Below, piece after piece: positions 38,685-53,090 of a DNA stretch of 64,000 bases. This DNA is from Lytechinus pictus (lineage: Eukaryota). A model generated the notes under the pieces. It searched no databases, was not told the DNA's origin, and saw nothing but the letters and a program-made list of their open reading frames with translations. The stretch spans positions 8,248,001 to 8,312,000 of the forward strand of contig NC_087249.1 in the NCBI RefSeq assembly GCF_037042905.1. The letters run 5' to 3'. Each line of letters begins with the position of its first letter. Within the stretch, counting starts at the first letter, position 1. A program made the position numbers and the translations under genes.

Positions 38685-39153
38685 TTAAATGCCAAGGGTT
38701 TTTGAAGAAGTCTATGAAAAATAGACCCCTGAAGGCCTTTCATGTACATGTACTGTGGCCTACATGTTGTGGTCTAAGGCACCTGAGTTGACACATGAGT
38801 CTAGGGTTCAAACTTTGCCACAGCACTTCTGTCCCTAGAGTAGCAAAGCGTCTTCTGCAAATTGCTCTTTCATGTCTCTTTGAAGTCTTCAAGGTTGGTC
38901 TCTCAGACATAAATAAACATGATTTTATTTCATACACCTCTGTACAAACACACACACCCACGCATGCACATGTACCGATACTGTCTCAATCCAGGTACGA
39001 TAATTTAGGGGAGATCTGAGAGATACAGCAAGAACCAATGCCTACATCTAAAACCCATTTTTTAAAGCTCATGGTTAACAAACAAACAAAAAAAAACAAA
39101 AAAAACACAGACATTGGATATTATTATCCAGAATTGTGACAAAATGTTATTAA

Positions 39154-39732
39154 AGGTCAAGTCCACCCTAGAAAAATGTTGATTTGAATCAATAAAAAAA
39201 AATCAGACAATCATAATGCTGAAAATTTCATCAAAATCGGATGTAAAATATGAAAGTTTATGACATTTTAAAGTTCACCTATTTTTTCACAAAATAGTTA
39301 TGTGCACAATAGTCACATGTAAATGACAGTTGATAACATCCCTCACTATTTTTTTTTTTTTTTTTTTTTAATTGAACAATATTTCAATTTTCACAGATTT
39401 GACAATGCGGACCGATTTGACTGAACCATAAAATGTTGAACAATGGTAATTCCACTGTTGTTTCGTAATCATTGTTTCACTTGGCAATGAGGAGAAAATT
39501 AGAATATTTCATTTTTCATATAAAAAAAACAAAAGAAATAGTGATGTCATCAGTCCCCTCATTTGCATACTGACCGGGATGTGCAAAACCGTTAAGTGAA
39601 ATCATGCGAAACTTTAAAATGTCATGTAACTTTCTTATTTTACATCCGATTTTGATGAAATTTTCAGTGTTATGCTTGTTTGATTTTTCTCTTTTTATTC
39701 AAATCAACTTTTCTTTGGGGTGGACTTGTCCT
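39154..39732. mobile_element. Kolobok-type MITE
   Basis: TTAA-aggtcaagtccaccct ... ggggtggacttgtcct-TTAA. Confidence 0.85.
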
Positions 39733-42700
39733 TTAACACTATAACAGCTAAACTTGACAAAGTGGGGCTCCCAATATACTGCTAGTCTGCATGCACAGAC
39801 TCTGATTGAAACTTTGATCAACAACTGTGTCTCCATGCAAAGACTAGCACATACATGTACAGTACACAAGGCATGAGTAGGCTGCACATTCAGACCTGTA
39901 ATTCGAGTGAAGGGTTTGCCCCGCAGACTTATATACTGCAGTCTCGAAGAAAGATTATTTCTACAGAATTACTGTGTTTTTAATATCAAAGATACATGTA
40001 CTGTACATGTATATGAAAAAAAACTGACTAAAAATGTTTACAGAGCTTCCGAAATATGTGTTTTGAAAACAAACTGTATTCATGTCCAAGTCCATGTCTT
40101 TGAACAGATTGATGTCCTTCAAATCTGTGTATTCACTTCACAAAATGGTTGAATTGTTTGAACAAGTGATTTCTTAGACTAGAAATATAATACAAGTTCT
40201 TTGTCCTCTTTTTTTTCTTTATGGCTTGCCATATTCATGTACACTTTAATACATTTGGTGTTTTTTTTTTCTTTGTATAGTAGTAGGCAATGTCGTGTTC
40301 AGCATAAAGTCATCCCTCCCCCAAGTAATATTGAGACTTAATAGTCTTAGTTGCTTCTGTGCATGCATATGTAGTACTGTTGGCCTACTCAAAAGCTTTA
40401 TACAGTACATGTACATGTACATGTAGATCCACAATTCCAAATAATAAATATCCATAGAGCAGTCCTAGTAATCAATTATTGTTTTAATGAAGATTGAAAC
40501 TAGTGATACATGTGTTTTTTGTCTCGGTTGAGAACCCACGTCTCCATGGCATCATGAACCAACTATTCTGCTATCCCCTGTAAAAGGGAAGTGTGAGAGA
40601 GAAGCCAGGAAGTCAGTCAAAGGGTCAACAGAATAGGCAGAGGCTACAATCCAACATGACTGAGACTTGTGTACAGTACAATGTGAGGACTGACGTGTCA
40701 CTCTGTAATGTGTCTCTCGTGAATGACCAGTTTCTGTTGTTTGATAATTGACCGATGGCAATATGATGGACTGTATTTTCAATGTGCGAATGGGTCATTT
40801 CAAATTGAGGTGTATCATTATTTATCATTTTTCGGGGGGGGGGGGGGGTTATTTAAGGAAATCCCGGATGCAATACAGTTTAATTCATTACATACAAGTA
40901 CAGCTGTTGTTTTGTTGGCCTACAGGTGCATGGTAAACATGAAATTTCATAAAATGTAGTCTATTTGTACATCCTTGTAATTTGTAGGATTTTGTAAGAT
41001 ATTTTGGATTCTTAATCCTCTCGGGCAGGTGATACACTGTAGTACATGAACAGACAAAAACAAATCTGAGATTGATGCTTTAATTTACATTTACATTATA
41101 AATTTTGCAATAACTCTTTTTCTTTTTGTACATTTACACAGTATCTTTTAAAATTAAATTGATCTTTTCATTTTTATACACAATAATCTGATTTTCAGCA
41201 TGAACTTTATTGTAGTCTGTACTCTGTAGACATCACTTTTTTATTATTTTGTTGAATACACATTTTTCACACTACATGTACATGTACATGTACACACATG
41301 AATACCTTGTGGATTTGATGAGAGTCTTGTTAATCTCAAAATACAACTGCAGGTTTGTGTAAGATTTTCTACGCCCATTATCCAAATAGGATGGGGTGAT
41401 TTATGTCATGCCAAACTATTAAATGTAATAATCTATAAATGTAGACACTTGTCTGCTGTCAGCTGTTTCTATAATTGCATCTACCTGTAACTGTTTACAT
41501 ATAGTTTCCTAGTATAGACATGGATGTTGTGAAAAACGAAAAACAAATTTGGATATTAAACATGTTTATCTGTTATCACAATTTTTTTCTATATCTATTA
41601 TCAAATGCTTTTGGCTGTTTATATCTTTTCCTTTAGCCCTGCTGATGGGAGGCTCACCTCACATTCCTGATCAGGAAAAATTCTGGATACTGTGAGAGTG
41701 AAGTTTATTCCGTGGAAACAAGAACTTTTTGCATGGATAATTGCTGGGGCATGACTGTAAATTTGCACAAATACTGTATGGACAAGAACTCAACAGGGCT
41801 TGCAACTTAAAAAAGAAATGTTTGGTTGGTACGGAAATGGTATATAGCACAAATTATACAGACATGCTTCAATTTGTCTGATTTGCACTCGATGAAGTAT
41901 GGCACACAAATGAAGGGAAGCGTAACGCACAAAATATGGGGAGGTAGTGGAGAGAAACACTTTACGGCCATAGATTTAATGTTGTTGTAATGTTATTTCT
42001 CGCTTCCAATAGCTTCGATTAATTTCTTTGTCATCGAGGAGAGACCCAAAAGCTGTGTCAGCCAACTGTAGAATATAAAAATATACAATTTTCTCTATCT
42101 ACATGTATAGATAGGTATGCATTTACAAAAGACTTTATATCATAGAGAGAACTTCCCTGAACCAGTCAGGATCAGGAAGGTGTGAATGTGCTATAAAACA
42201 ATTTAATTAATGGGTATTTGATAGGCCTTCTGTACATGTAGGCCTTGTACTTTTCCTGTAACAAGCACTCCAAGTACATGTAACCAATCAGCAATTTTCC
42301 TGATAGGGCAGGTGTGAAAGCATCATCTGTGATGTGTCCATCTTTTAAAGCTGGTGAAAGAATCATTGAAATCTTCTCAAAAGTAAAAAGATCATCACAG
42401 TTTTAAGGGATTTCTTCTCAATGTACTGTTGTAACATGAAGTGCTTTGTAAATGTATAAACTTTCCGAAGCAGTGTCCGCAGGACAGTTGATAATGTCTG
42501 TCAACGCAGTTTGCATAGTTGGCATGCCTTCATGAAATTTCAGCCCATGGATGCGATTGCAGGTCTGTTTATTACCAATGAAGGGAGCCGATGTTGTGGT
42601 CATGTTCATGTATGAGGACTTCACTCTATCCTCCCCTTGAACCAAAGCTGCAGAACATTGGGTCCCATCCCTCGGTGCTCTTGTGTAGCCTTCGCTTGCA

Positions 42701-43248
42701 GATTGGGTACTTCAGCAGACATCTGGGAATGCGATCATTGGGGTCTGCTGGTTAGGAGTTCAGGTCCATGACAGTGCAAGTGCCAACCTCTCTGACCTCT
42801 TGACATGACATCATCATCTTCTTCATCATGCCGTCTGAGCTCTCAATGTCCTTCCTTGCTCATGAACTTGCAAGCTGGAAAGCTCATCCAAAGTCGGGAA
42901 AATTATACACCATCATGCAACCCCTCCAACTGCAAGATGGCATACTTTATTATACAGGGACCTTGCACATGCAGACAAGTGTCCAGTACAGTGCCAGTAG
43001 CAGTAGCAGTATACAAGTATATTCGTGTAGGCCCATATGACATGTCTTTCTTCTTGAACTGCTTGCTATTCATGAACATAATATTTCTTTTTCTTTTTCA
43101 AATTTCATAAACCAGTGTCTTGTATCCATTTCCAGTAGCAAAGTTGGAACAATACTGCCCCATAAAAGAGGCTTTCAAAGTTTTCTAGGCCTACCATGTA
43201 CAGTGTAGGTCAAGATTTTCAACTTATTCAGAGATTGACCTGGACACT

Positions 43249-43745
43249 GAGTGCAGTTCACTCTGACAAAAGTTTGTTGTACAAATAGCAAAAAAAAAGA
43301 TATATAGCCATACTGTAGTTTTGAGGAAATCCATCAAAGAATTAAAAAGTTATCAGAAGTTTGATTATTTGATTTGTGACATCATATGCAAGCAGCTGTC
43401 CTATACATCGTATGGTAAAAAATAAATGAAGGGTCATTTTCTATTAAAGAAAATGATTTTTATTGCACCTTCATTATGTATATCAATAGATAAATCATTT
43501 CACATCCATTCCTAAAAAGACAAATGTCATCATGAACCATTGAAAATGTGAAATTTATGCATTTTATATTACATAACATAAAATGTATGGGGCAGCTGCT
43601 AGTATACATCGTATGATGTCACAAATCCACAACTTAGAATTTAAATGACTTTCATAATCTTTAATGGATTTTCCTCAAACCACCAATATTTTATTATTTT
43701 TTCTGCTATTTGTACAGCCAACTTTCTTCAAGGTGAACTTTCCCT
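43249..43745. mobile_element. Older Kolobok-like MITE (different subfamily)
   Basis: Inverted arms (gttttgaggaaatccat / atggattttcctcaaac; gatttgtgacatcata / tatgatgtcacaaatc); right end aggtgaactttccct-TTAA. Confidence 0.6.
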
Positions 43746-46313
43746 TTAATCCATTGTATTTTACATCTATCCTACAATTACATGTACATATACATGTACA
43801 TGTAGAAATTGTAGTATTGAAATAAACTTGTTTCTATAAACATGGAGTTAATATTCTCATGGACCTACTGTTGTACTACTCAGAGTAGTAGTTCCACGCT
43901 ATTCTCATGAATCTAGGGATTAATAAAAATATTCCTCATTGTTTACCATGAATGTGATACTACCTGAAAGTATGTCAAATCATATCTCGGCTTTATGGCT
44001 CTTTGCTTCAGTGATCATCTCGTTCACCAACAAAAGATTCTAAAGATTGAATGTAAACAAATCACTTGCTTTTATGCTGTACTCATTCTTTCCCACATTC
44101 AACATTCCCCTCTACCAACCCCCACTATTATTCAATGCCTGGCTCTGCTATTTTTAAAGAGTAAGTAAATAATTCCTTGAAATGTTTGTAGGTAGTTATG
44201 GCTACACCAAGAGTAATGCAGCTCTGGTCAGTATGGTCAGTGTGCCCTTTTCAGTATCAATGTAAATAATGTATGCCATGTAGTTTTCTGATTTTCTGTT
44301 GGTTATATTGGTGAATTTGCAAGCTTTCAATCTGAGAATCTTCTGTCATCTAATACATAGGCCTTAATAATAGTGTATTGTTTTTCAGTATACTTTGGTA
44401 TTAAAAGCTAAATCTCAGTTTCTGATTCTCAGAAGAAGCAATGGAAACATTGTAATTCTACATTATAATTCAGCTTGGGTTTAAACTTTAACCAAGGTTA
44501 AGATGTAAAACTCCTTGGTTTCACCTCGGCAGGTTTTATCCTTCATTTACATGTATATATAAAGCAGACACTGAAATTATATTTTGAAATATTGTATTCC
44601 CTGGACTTCAAGTGTACAAAATTGTAGAAACTACTGAGAAGTGGTACTGAAAGATATCAAATAGCTTCTGCCAAAATATGTAGGCCAGCATGCAGATGAA
44701 TGCATTTGTTTCACCCCCCCTACTTACTGTATGATAATATTTAAAATAAACTGGAAGTTTACATAATTTTTATTTTGTTTCAAAGTCTGCTATACAAATA
44801 CTCTGGGGCAAAAAGAAACACAATTCTTAATTGCCTTTTGAAATGAAGTACACTACAGAAATAATTTTTGACAAACAGGATGGGGAAAGTTTTTTTTGGG
44901 GGGGGAAAAAAATTGTTAGTTTGAGAAATCAGAAACATAAATCTTGCTTTTTGGAATGAAGCGATAGAGTACAGAAATAATTTCTGACAAACAAGACATG
45001 GTGGAGAGCCAGCCAGCGTGAACAGCATGACGTGTCCTATGTTTGGGTTTTAATTTGATGCAAGTTTTCCTGTTACCCACCCATACATAGACAGCCCATC
45101 ACGGTTTAGCAAATGATTGGACTTCCTCTATTGCTCCGTATATATAGTCGTGGCTTTGAACTTGACTGATTTCAAGAGAAAGTTGGCTCTCCACAGGTGT
45201 CCTGTTCAGATGGGGATATTCTTATACAAGACCTGTAGAAATGTGGTGCTCATATACCTACTCCTGTCTTGAAAAAAGATATGCCTGGTATAATTCTGCC
45301 CATATCAGAATTTTTCAGAAAATACCAGGTATTTGCCAGTGTGAAAGGAAATTACTTGTAAAAAGTTGGATAATTCCCCAAAGAAAATGGACTCCTCCCC
45401 CCCACCCAAGTTCTCTGCTGCCAACCATGCATGCTTTCATGACAAAAATTTGTTTTGGAGATTCCCAGAAACACAGAGGCCAACGAGTTTGTAATCATCA
45501 TAGTCTTTCCACTCCAGGGAAGATAGGAAATGTTTGCTTTAAAATGTTATAAACTTTGTTACTTCTTTAAGGCCACACCTATTTACCTTGTTTTGCTTTT
45601 TGTGTTTTCGGGGGGGGGGGGGGGGGGGGGGGTTCATTTTCCCTTTATAATCTTCACATGCAGTCTAAACAAATGTTTGCTTCGTGGAAGCTAACTAACA
45701 TTCCAGACAGAAAACCTCATGTTTCTCTACTTTTCGAGACATTGGTCGCCATTCGTGTTTGATTCAATCATGGAAATGAGCCTACCCCAGCAGGAAACAC
45801 CATATATGGGACCAGGGGGCCAAGCAGAGTTTAATGTGCATATAAAAAAATGATATTTATTTTCTTCAGACCCCCAAAACAGGAAATGGAGATTTGGTAT
45901 ATGCTGTCAACAGTAGCAAATCGTGCTCAATGCTACACATTTAGGTGCGGATTGATCTTTTCGGAAACGTTCTGTTTTAGCCTCTAGACATGATGGGCTT
46001 CCCAGAAACTGAAGTGTGGAGGTGTGCTGTGGTTGTGGTATATTTTGGGAGTGAGGATAACTTTTAGGTCTGTTTCACCCCCCTCCAGTGGCCATCTATT
46101 CATTTACCCCCCCTTACCCCCCCCCCACCCCCCACAAAACAAAATGTGAAAAATAAGGTTAAAAAAAAAGTCCTGCTTTTTTTTTTTGGGGGGGGGGCAC
46201 TGCGTGTAATGTTTCATAGAGACCTAACGAATATTACAGATATTACAACTTAATAAAAGGTGGCACTTGAGAAATTATTGGTTTTGAGGGAAATGAGGTA
46301 CTAATGTATCCAT

Positions 46314-46418
46314 GTGTCAAAAGTCACCCTGTGTCCAAATATGTAGCCCCAGTTGGGTGTGTTCATTGAACACACCCAACTGGGGCTATATATTTGGACA
46401 CGGGCTTACTTTTGACAC
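46314..46418. repeat. Near-perfect fold-back palindrome (about 52-bp arms)
   Basis: gtgtcaaaag...gccccagttgggtgtgttca-t-tgaacacacccaactggggc...cttttgacac. Confidence 0.9.
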
Positions 46419-46804
46419 TGTTCAATGTCGATTTTCAAATTCAAACTAATTTAATTGTGGGTGAGGTCACCACCTTTTTTCTGGAAGTGATTTTCATACA
46501 TTTTTGGCGCTCTGCTCCACACACTGCTTTGCCTCGTTAACTGGTTTTAGTGTGAGGACACAACCGTTCTTCTGGAGGTGATCTTCGTACTTTTCTGGCG
46601 CTCTACTCCACATACTGTGTGTAGAATGTCTATGCTGCCGTGTTAAATTTCGTGCGAAACTTTTCGTACCTCTGAAAGCGTTCCCTTAGCAACAAGACCA
46701 CTGTACTTGAAGTGGTTTTAAAACCGCTTTTGGGTGATCAGATGGGAACGCTAGTGATACAAACTGGTTTCCAATAAACTGGTTTTAGAAGAAACAGGGT
46801 CTAT

Positions 46805-47222
46805 GATCCCGTTCTCATTACACTTTCTAAAACTAGTTTACTGGAAACCAGTAGTTTGGAAGATCGCTTTGCTAGCATTCCCATTTGAACAGTGGTCTTG
46901 TTGCTATGGGAACGCTCTTAGTGTGGTCAGACATGTTTCGCGCAAAATTTGAAACTGCAGTGTAGACATTCTACACACAGTGTGTGGAGAAGCGTGCTCA
47001 AAGTTTGCGAAGATCGCTTCCCGAAAAACAATTGTGTCGTCATACTAAACCCAGTTTAACGAGGCAAAGCGGTCTTAAAAACAGTACATCACGAGGTGGT
47101 TTTCCGAACTGGTTTGGAAGATCGCTGACCTCTTCAACCGTTCTCATTACACTTTAAACTCATTTTTTACACTTTAAACTAATTTCCAGTAAACTAGTTT
47201 TAGTAGTAATGAGAACGGGGTC
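46805..47222. mobile_element. MITE, ga(c/t)(a/c)ccgttctca family, 3-bp TAT TSD
   Basis: gatcccgttctcattac..aaaactagtttactggaaa / tttccagtaaactagtttt..gtaatgagaacggggtc; tat on both sides. A degraded inverted copy lies immediately upstream (about 46480-46801). Confidence 0.8.
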
Positions 47223-50200
47223 TATGACACTCTTTACAGGTAGCTACTGTAGGCCTACATGTAGGAGCAACTGCATTATGAATGTAGGCTTACCCCGTAC
47301 ATGTGCATTTATACTGGTACCAGTTGAACGTCCGCAGTGCAGACTCTTCAGAGCTGTTAAATCCAGGGTGTCTTTGATAATAGCCTCATTCAAAGTTTCA
47401 GAAACCTTTTTGCAGCTAATATACATGTACATGCATGGTAAAATCACAGATTCAGCATTCCTAATTGCATAGCCTACTCATACTACAGGTACTACTCACA
47501 TGAGTCTCTTCAGTGATGTTTTGTGAATATCTCCAGTAGTAGGCCATCATGTATATCTTTACCTACAAATGTATTTGAATAGGGATATTTTTTCGTACAT
47601 GATGGCCTTCTTCCTGATTTCATCACCATTTAAAAGGAACTTTGGTTTTGGATCTATAGTATAGAGAATTCACAATAAAAAAGGAACTTCAGTTGTATAG
47701 AAGACTTTTTTCTTTGTATACAAAAAGGACCATCTTTTGTCAAGGGCTCTAGGCTTATAGTGGTTCATCTTAACAAAAAACCAAAACTGTTAATGAGTAC
47801 AAAGAGCTTTATAATAGGGCTTAACTGTTCTCAGTTTAAATATAGGACCAAGGCCTATATGTCGACCTGAAGAGGTTTTATATTGGACATTGCTTCCTGG
47901 AAATTTAGGGTCTACATACATTACTTACCCTAAAGAGCAGATTAGTAATAATAAGCCAATAAATGCACATCATATGTGTACATGTAAACCAATATTATTT
48001 ATTTACATTATATTGAAGAAGAAAAAAAGTGTCTTTTGAATCGAAAATTAATGCACTTAGGCCCAATAGTCCCTAGACAGCAACTTATCTGTAAAAATCA
48101 CTGAAAAAAAAATTGATGTCAGTTCTGAAAAAAGTAGTCTTTTGAAACTTTCACCAAGTATTTATATCCAGCATGGCTTTGACCCTTCAGCATTATAAAA
48201 CTAGTTGCACTGCATGCCTGTGCACTCTCCCAAAGAAGGGGACATGTTTATCGACCTACAGTTGTAAATAATAAATGCTGACAAGTGACAAATTACATAG
48301 GCCCTAATGCCGCCCTATACAATTTTACCTTTTGCTTGTTGGCTTTGAGTATATCTTTAAGGTACTAATTTTTTTCTTTGTGTTTTTGAGTTCCCCTCTG
48401 GTTGAGAATAACAGAAGTTACACTACGCAGAGTTTCCTTCTCCGTACCTACATGTAGATGTACTCCATTCCGTTTTTCTAAGTGAGCAATGCAAACTTGC
48501 AACTTCCATCAAGTATTCAAAGAATATTACTGAACAAATCTTGCCTTCAGGTCAGACGTATGTCTGCATGGGAAAAATGCAGGGATACAAATCTTTCCAG
48601 ACGCATTTCCAGACAGGAAAAAATATGATTCATTTTTCTTGCTCTTGCTGTAATTTGTATGGTAATGAATTACAGAGACCATGTTTTTGTTTCTTTCTGC
48701 CCAGAATATCAATTGCTGGATCAGTAGGAGGAAACAGCAGAAGCATAATGTCTGACTGTAGGAAATCGTACATTCAGAGCAAGAAGGGTACTACATGTAC
48801 TTCTTTGTTTATTAGTTGTGCCCTTATTGTCTGGGTTTCAAATCTTGACTTGAATGCTTATAGGCATACTAACATAGGCCTTCATGTGTAGGCTTATTGT
48901 AAGGAATGGAATTTGTGGCACCCATCTCCTCTAGCCAAGTACAGTATCTGTCATGTACATGTGGGCATATACTGATATAGGCATATAGAGCTCTTTCATC
49001 AAACTTAAATTTCCATATTAAAAATTGCTTTTGTACTATTAAAAAAATACATTCTGGTAGGCCTACGAAATCAACATGAATTTTTAAGGATGTTACATGT
49101 ATACATACTTTTGGAAAGTGAATAAATTTAGATTTTGCGTAAGGTGCATTTATAGAAGATTTAGTATGGATCTTTAGTTCTGTACAGACAGGAAAGATGA
49201 TATAAGACTACTTTTGTATCACAAACTTTCCCTCCAAAATGAATGTTTTCAATTATAATGACAAGATGATCTTTGACGTGCTGCTGATGTTATTCCATTG
49301 TGGAGAAGACAGTAGTAGCAAACTGTCTCGACTCTCAAAGCTCACACGTATAGACCTTCCATGGCAAACTGTATGATAGCCTGGAAAAGTGGCGCGACTG
49401 TCTGAAAGTGCTAGGAACTTGAGACATGCATGTCAACGCAGATCAGGGTCATTAGTGTATACTCAGACTCTGCCTTCACGCTGTGACCAAATAGCTGGCT
49501 CTTCTGCGGTTTATTTCTGCAGTTTGGATTTGAAACTGATTCCCCTATTGCGATCTCTCACGATATCGGGAGCAGTATGGCTTGATCTTTGGCAAGATCA
49601 GCATGCAGGCTCTGTAACTGTGTGTGTGATGCCAGCTTTCTGTACTAGCAAAGAAGAGATTTTAGAAATGTAGTTTTTCATCCTTTCACAATCAGTCTGT
49701 CCCTTTTCCCCTCCCCTCCAGCGTAGCACTATCTTTATTTGTCTAGTACTTTATGTACTCTTCATGTGCAGTTCGTGTCCCAACCATGAAAAATATCAAT
49801 AATGGGTACATGTTTGAATGAAAGGAAATATAAAGAATGATAAATCTATGCAAAGTGTAGTTTGCAAATATGTTTGAATAGTAGGCCTATCCCTCGTTTC
49901 TTGTGCAAATTATGTGTTCATTTCAGCAGGGCTTTATAGTCCTGTCCTGCCGTGACACACCCCCAAAATTGGGCTAATGACTGTAAATGGGGAGTCAAGG
50001 TGTGGGAAAGAATGGTCCCCTGCCTCTCTGGAACGGAAATGTGCTGGCCAGCTAACCAGGTGAAGTACAGTATGATACGGAATAATCCAGAATATGCCTG
50101 AATGTTCTTTTCCAAAATTTGGTTTTTCATTGCTGGGAACCAGAAAAACGCAAAGATTGATGTTGATTGATCATGTTTGTAACTGAAGAATATCTTAGTA

Positions 50201-50663
50201 TGCCTTCTGAGGATGGAATTTTGTTAATCTCTAATAATAGGTAAATCACCTGATTTTTATCCCTCTGTTATTTACATTCTTGCATTAAAGTGACTGCTTT
50301 TTATACTACATGTTTATCACTTATGTTCTGTTGATAAGCTGTCCTTTTTCTTATGTAAACTATTAAATCATGTGTATGCTGCTTTTTTATTATTTATTTA
50401 TTTATTTATTTTTAATTACTTGTATTGTTTATATGTGATTTGTTACACAAAATCATGAAAACCCAATAAAAACTTTTTTTTTAGATGATGCGAGGAAATG
50501 AAATGTATGATGATCAGAATGAGGATGGATTATGTTGATAATGCATAAATACAATACAATACAATACATTGTAACACATGAGAGAGTGATTATTGGTATA
50601 AAGGGAATAGGTCCCTACTGCTAACAAGCATGAATGCTTTTATCAAATAAATGAGCAACCATA

Positions 50664-51216
50664 TACCCTTTTTACACACGCTAAAATGTCCTTAACCCCG
50701 TACTATAGGTGGGGCTAAATTGCTATTTAGCCCCACCTGTAGTACGGGGTTAAGCTTAGCCCACTTTCTTTTTACACAGCATTTTTGCAAAGTGGGCTAA
50801 CCCTACCTTTAGTACGGGATTATTTGGCCCTGCAAAAAAGCAGGGTTATCCCAGCAATTGCGGTGCTAAGAGCGATAGTACGGGGTTAAGATCGCTAGTG
50901 TAAAACGAAAGTGGGCTAAGCTTAACCCCGTACTATAGGTGGGGCTAAATGGCAATTTAGCCCCACCTATAGTACGGGGTTAAGAACATTTTAGCGTGTG
51001 TAAAAAGGTACGAGTGAAGTACTTGTACTACGAATGATCGACAAAAACCACTAGTCCGGGGTTAGCGAGTTTCGTGTGTGAAAAGCAAGCATTCCTTATC
51101 CGGGGTTAGCGATAACAATTTGGCATGTGTGAAAAGGAAAAAAAATAGTACGGGGTTAAGGATAGTACGGGGTTAGCGATAGTCCGGGGTTAAGAAAATC
51201 CTGTGTAAAAAGGGTA
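50664..51216. mobile_element. MITE with internal palindromic modules
   Basis: TIR taccctttttacaca / tgtgtaaaaagggta; a 64-bp palindrome occurs twice (50691-50754, 50921-50984); many tagtacggggtta motifs. Confidence 0.85.
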
Positions 51217-52665
51217 TTAGAGGACCAATGCCACTGGGTCATCAAGGTAAATTATTCAATGTAGTGTACCTTTTTAGTTGATTAGCATTGATCCATCCCC
51301 AAGTATAATGCAATTTGGTTTTGTGCATTTACAAGTTATTTTAGCTGTAAATAATCTTATCTTTTTTGCTTTCTTGTTCAAAATTTTTCGCTGGCTGAGA
51401 TCTACACAATGCAAGTCAATCACCATACATAGATTTGGGCCTACTTAAAAGCTAGAACTAGAACTAACGGTTGCATAAAGTTGTAAAAATATGGTCCTGT
51501 CAAAACACCTGTTGCAATCAGTGCATGTAGTATTATTAATGGTACTGTTTTTACATTCAGTATTTAAAGGCGTACCAAACTCTTTTTCCATCTGAAATGT
51601 GGAGACTTTTGGGAGACTGAAGTAAGCAGGGAAAGTAGATTGTACTCATTATTTTTCATTGTAAGTCAATCAAGCCATGCATCTCATTCATCTCAGTCAT
51701 AATAATGGTTAACATTTTTTTTGGTACAATGTTCAGGCCATGTTCATGCCGACAAGGGCTCCTTTATTCTTGGAATCATGTGCATGCATTTATAAATTTG
51801 GCGGTAGCCTCGGTTAGCACAAAGCCTTCGATTAACAGAAACATGTGGCAAAAGTTGCCCCAGATAAATGTCCTTTTCACCTGAGAAAATGGGGGTTGGT
51901 TGATGTAGATTTCATTTTTTTTATTTTTTTATTCAGGCTAATTGTGTTACTAATAGTTACTGTGTAGAGGAAATACATGTAACTGGAACAGAGGGACTGG
52001 GTTCTATTTCGGGGACCTTGTACGTGTGCAAAACAAAAGTGTTCCAGGGCCAGACACTGATTGAAGAGAAAAAGTTCACATCGGGTTCATTGGATGAAAC
52101 ATACATGTTGCTGTGATCATAATTATGAGTGCATGCCCTTTATACACTTATCTGCCCCTTTCACATGTACATGTATGGATGGGTGGCGTATCATGGGAGA
52201 AAGGGGTGGGGGCAGCGAAAAATCTGAAGTAAAAGTGATATGAAATGTAAGAAATTGACGGTTTTTTCTGATGAATAACTGTGGAAACATCCAGCATCAG
52301 TGGAAGTGTTTCATTGACATTGGTCACCTGACAACTTTCCTGGGTTGTGATTGGCTAAAGAGCACAGGTGTCCGACTGTTATTAACAAGAAAACAGTCAT
52401 AGAGCAGGAGGTGCAGTGGTGATTCCGCATAATATTAAATCACTGTCGGTGTTATGCCAGTGAGTAAGATTTCTGGGCATGGGTTTGGCTGTATGAAAGT
52501 TGGGTCTACATGTAAATATATATCTACATGTACCATAAGTTTTATAATTTCATAAGTGATATAATGATAACATTTGGGTTGGAGCAATGCTCTGCTCTCA
52601 CAATTTTTTATCACTTGCAATGCAGATTGATTGATTGAAATGCAGGAATCGCCTGGACAACACTT

Positions 52666-53090
52666 ACCGTGTTAACACTTGATCGGCTTTTGCATCGGCT
52701 TTTTTCATAGCGTGTAAACGCGATTAACTTGCATCGAATCGCGGTTCAGAATCGGCAATTTTGCACCACCAAAGTATTAGGTTCAGAACCGCGGGCCGAT
52801 GCAGAATCGGCTTTCTTACTACGTGTAATCAGAAAGCCGATTCTGCATCGGCAATTGGCGCGCATTTCATTTACTTTACCATTATGACGTACTTGTAAGC
52901 GCACGGATCCAGCGTTGTCTTTATTATGACGTATATTGTTGGTCCGCGGATCATTTCAGGTTGTTGCCCCAAAAGCCGATTCTGAACCGCGAGCCGATGC
53001 AGAGTGTAAACGCGGTGCAAGATAAACCCAAAGCCGATTCTGCATCGGCTCGCGGTTCTGAACCAAAAGCCGATCAAGTGTAAACACGGT
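52666..53090. mobile_element. MITE (Harbinger-like)
   Basis: TIR accgtgttaacacttgatcggctttt / aaaagccgatcaagtgtaaacacggt; repeated gccgattctg motifs; CpG-rich. Confidence 0.8.

Noticed and set aside
42400..43050. GC-richer intronic stretch that looked like an exon
   Set aside because: The frames I translated contain stops and give no recognisable protein or CHSY continuation.
45609..45633. Long poly-G run (and many other G/C homopolymers) as functional G-quadruplexes
   Set aside because: Such runs are scattered across the window and vary in length between duplicate copies; nothing supports a specific function.
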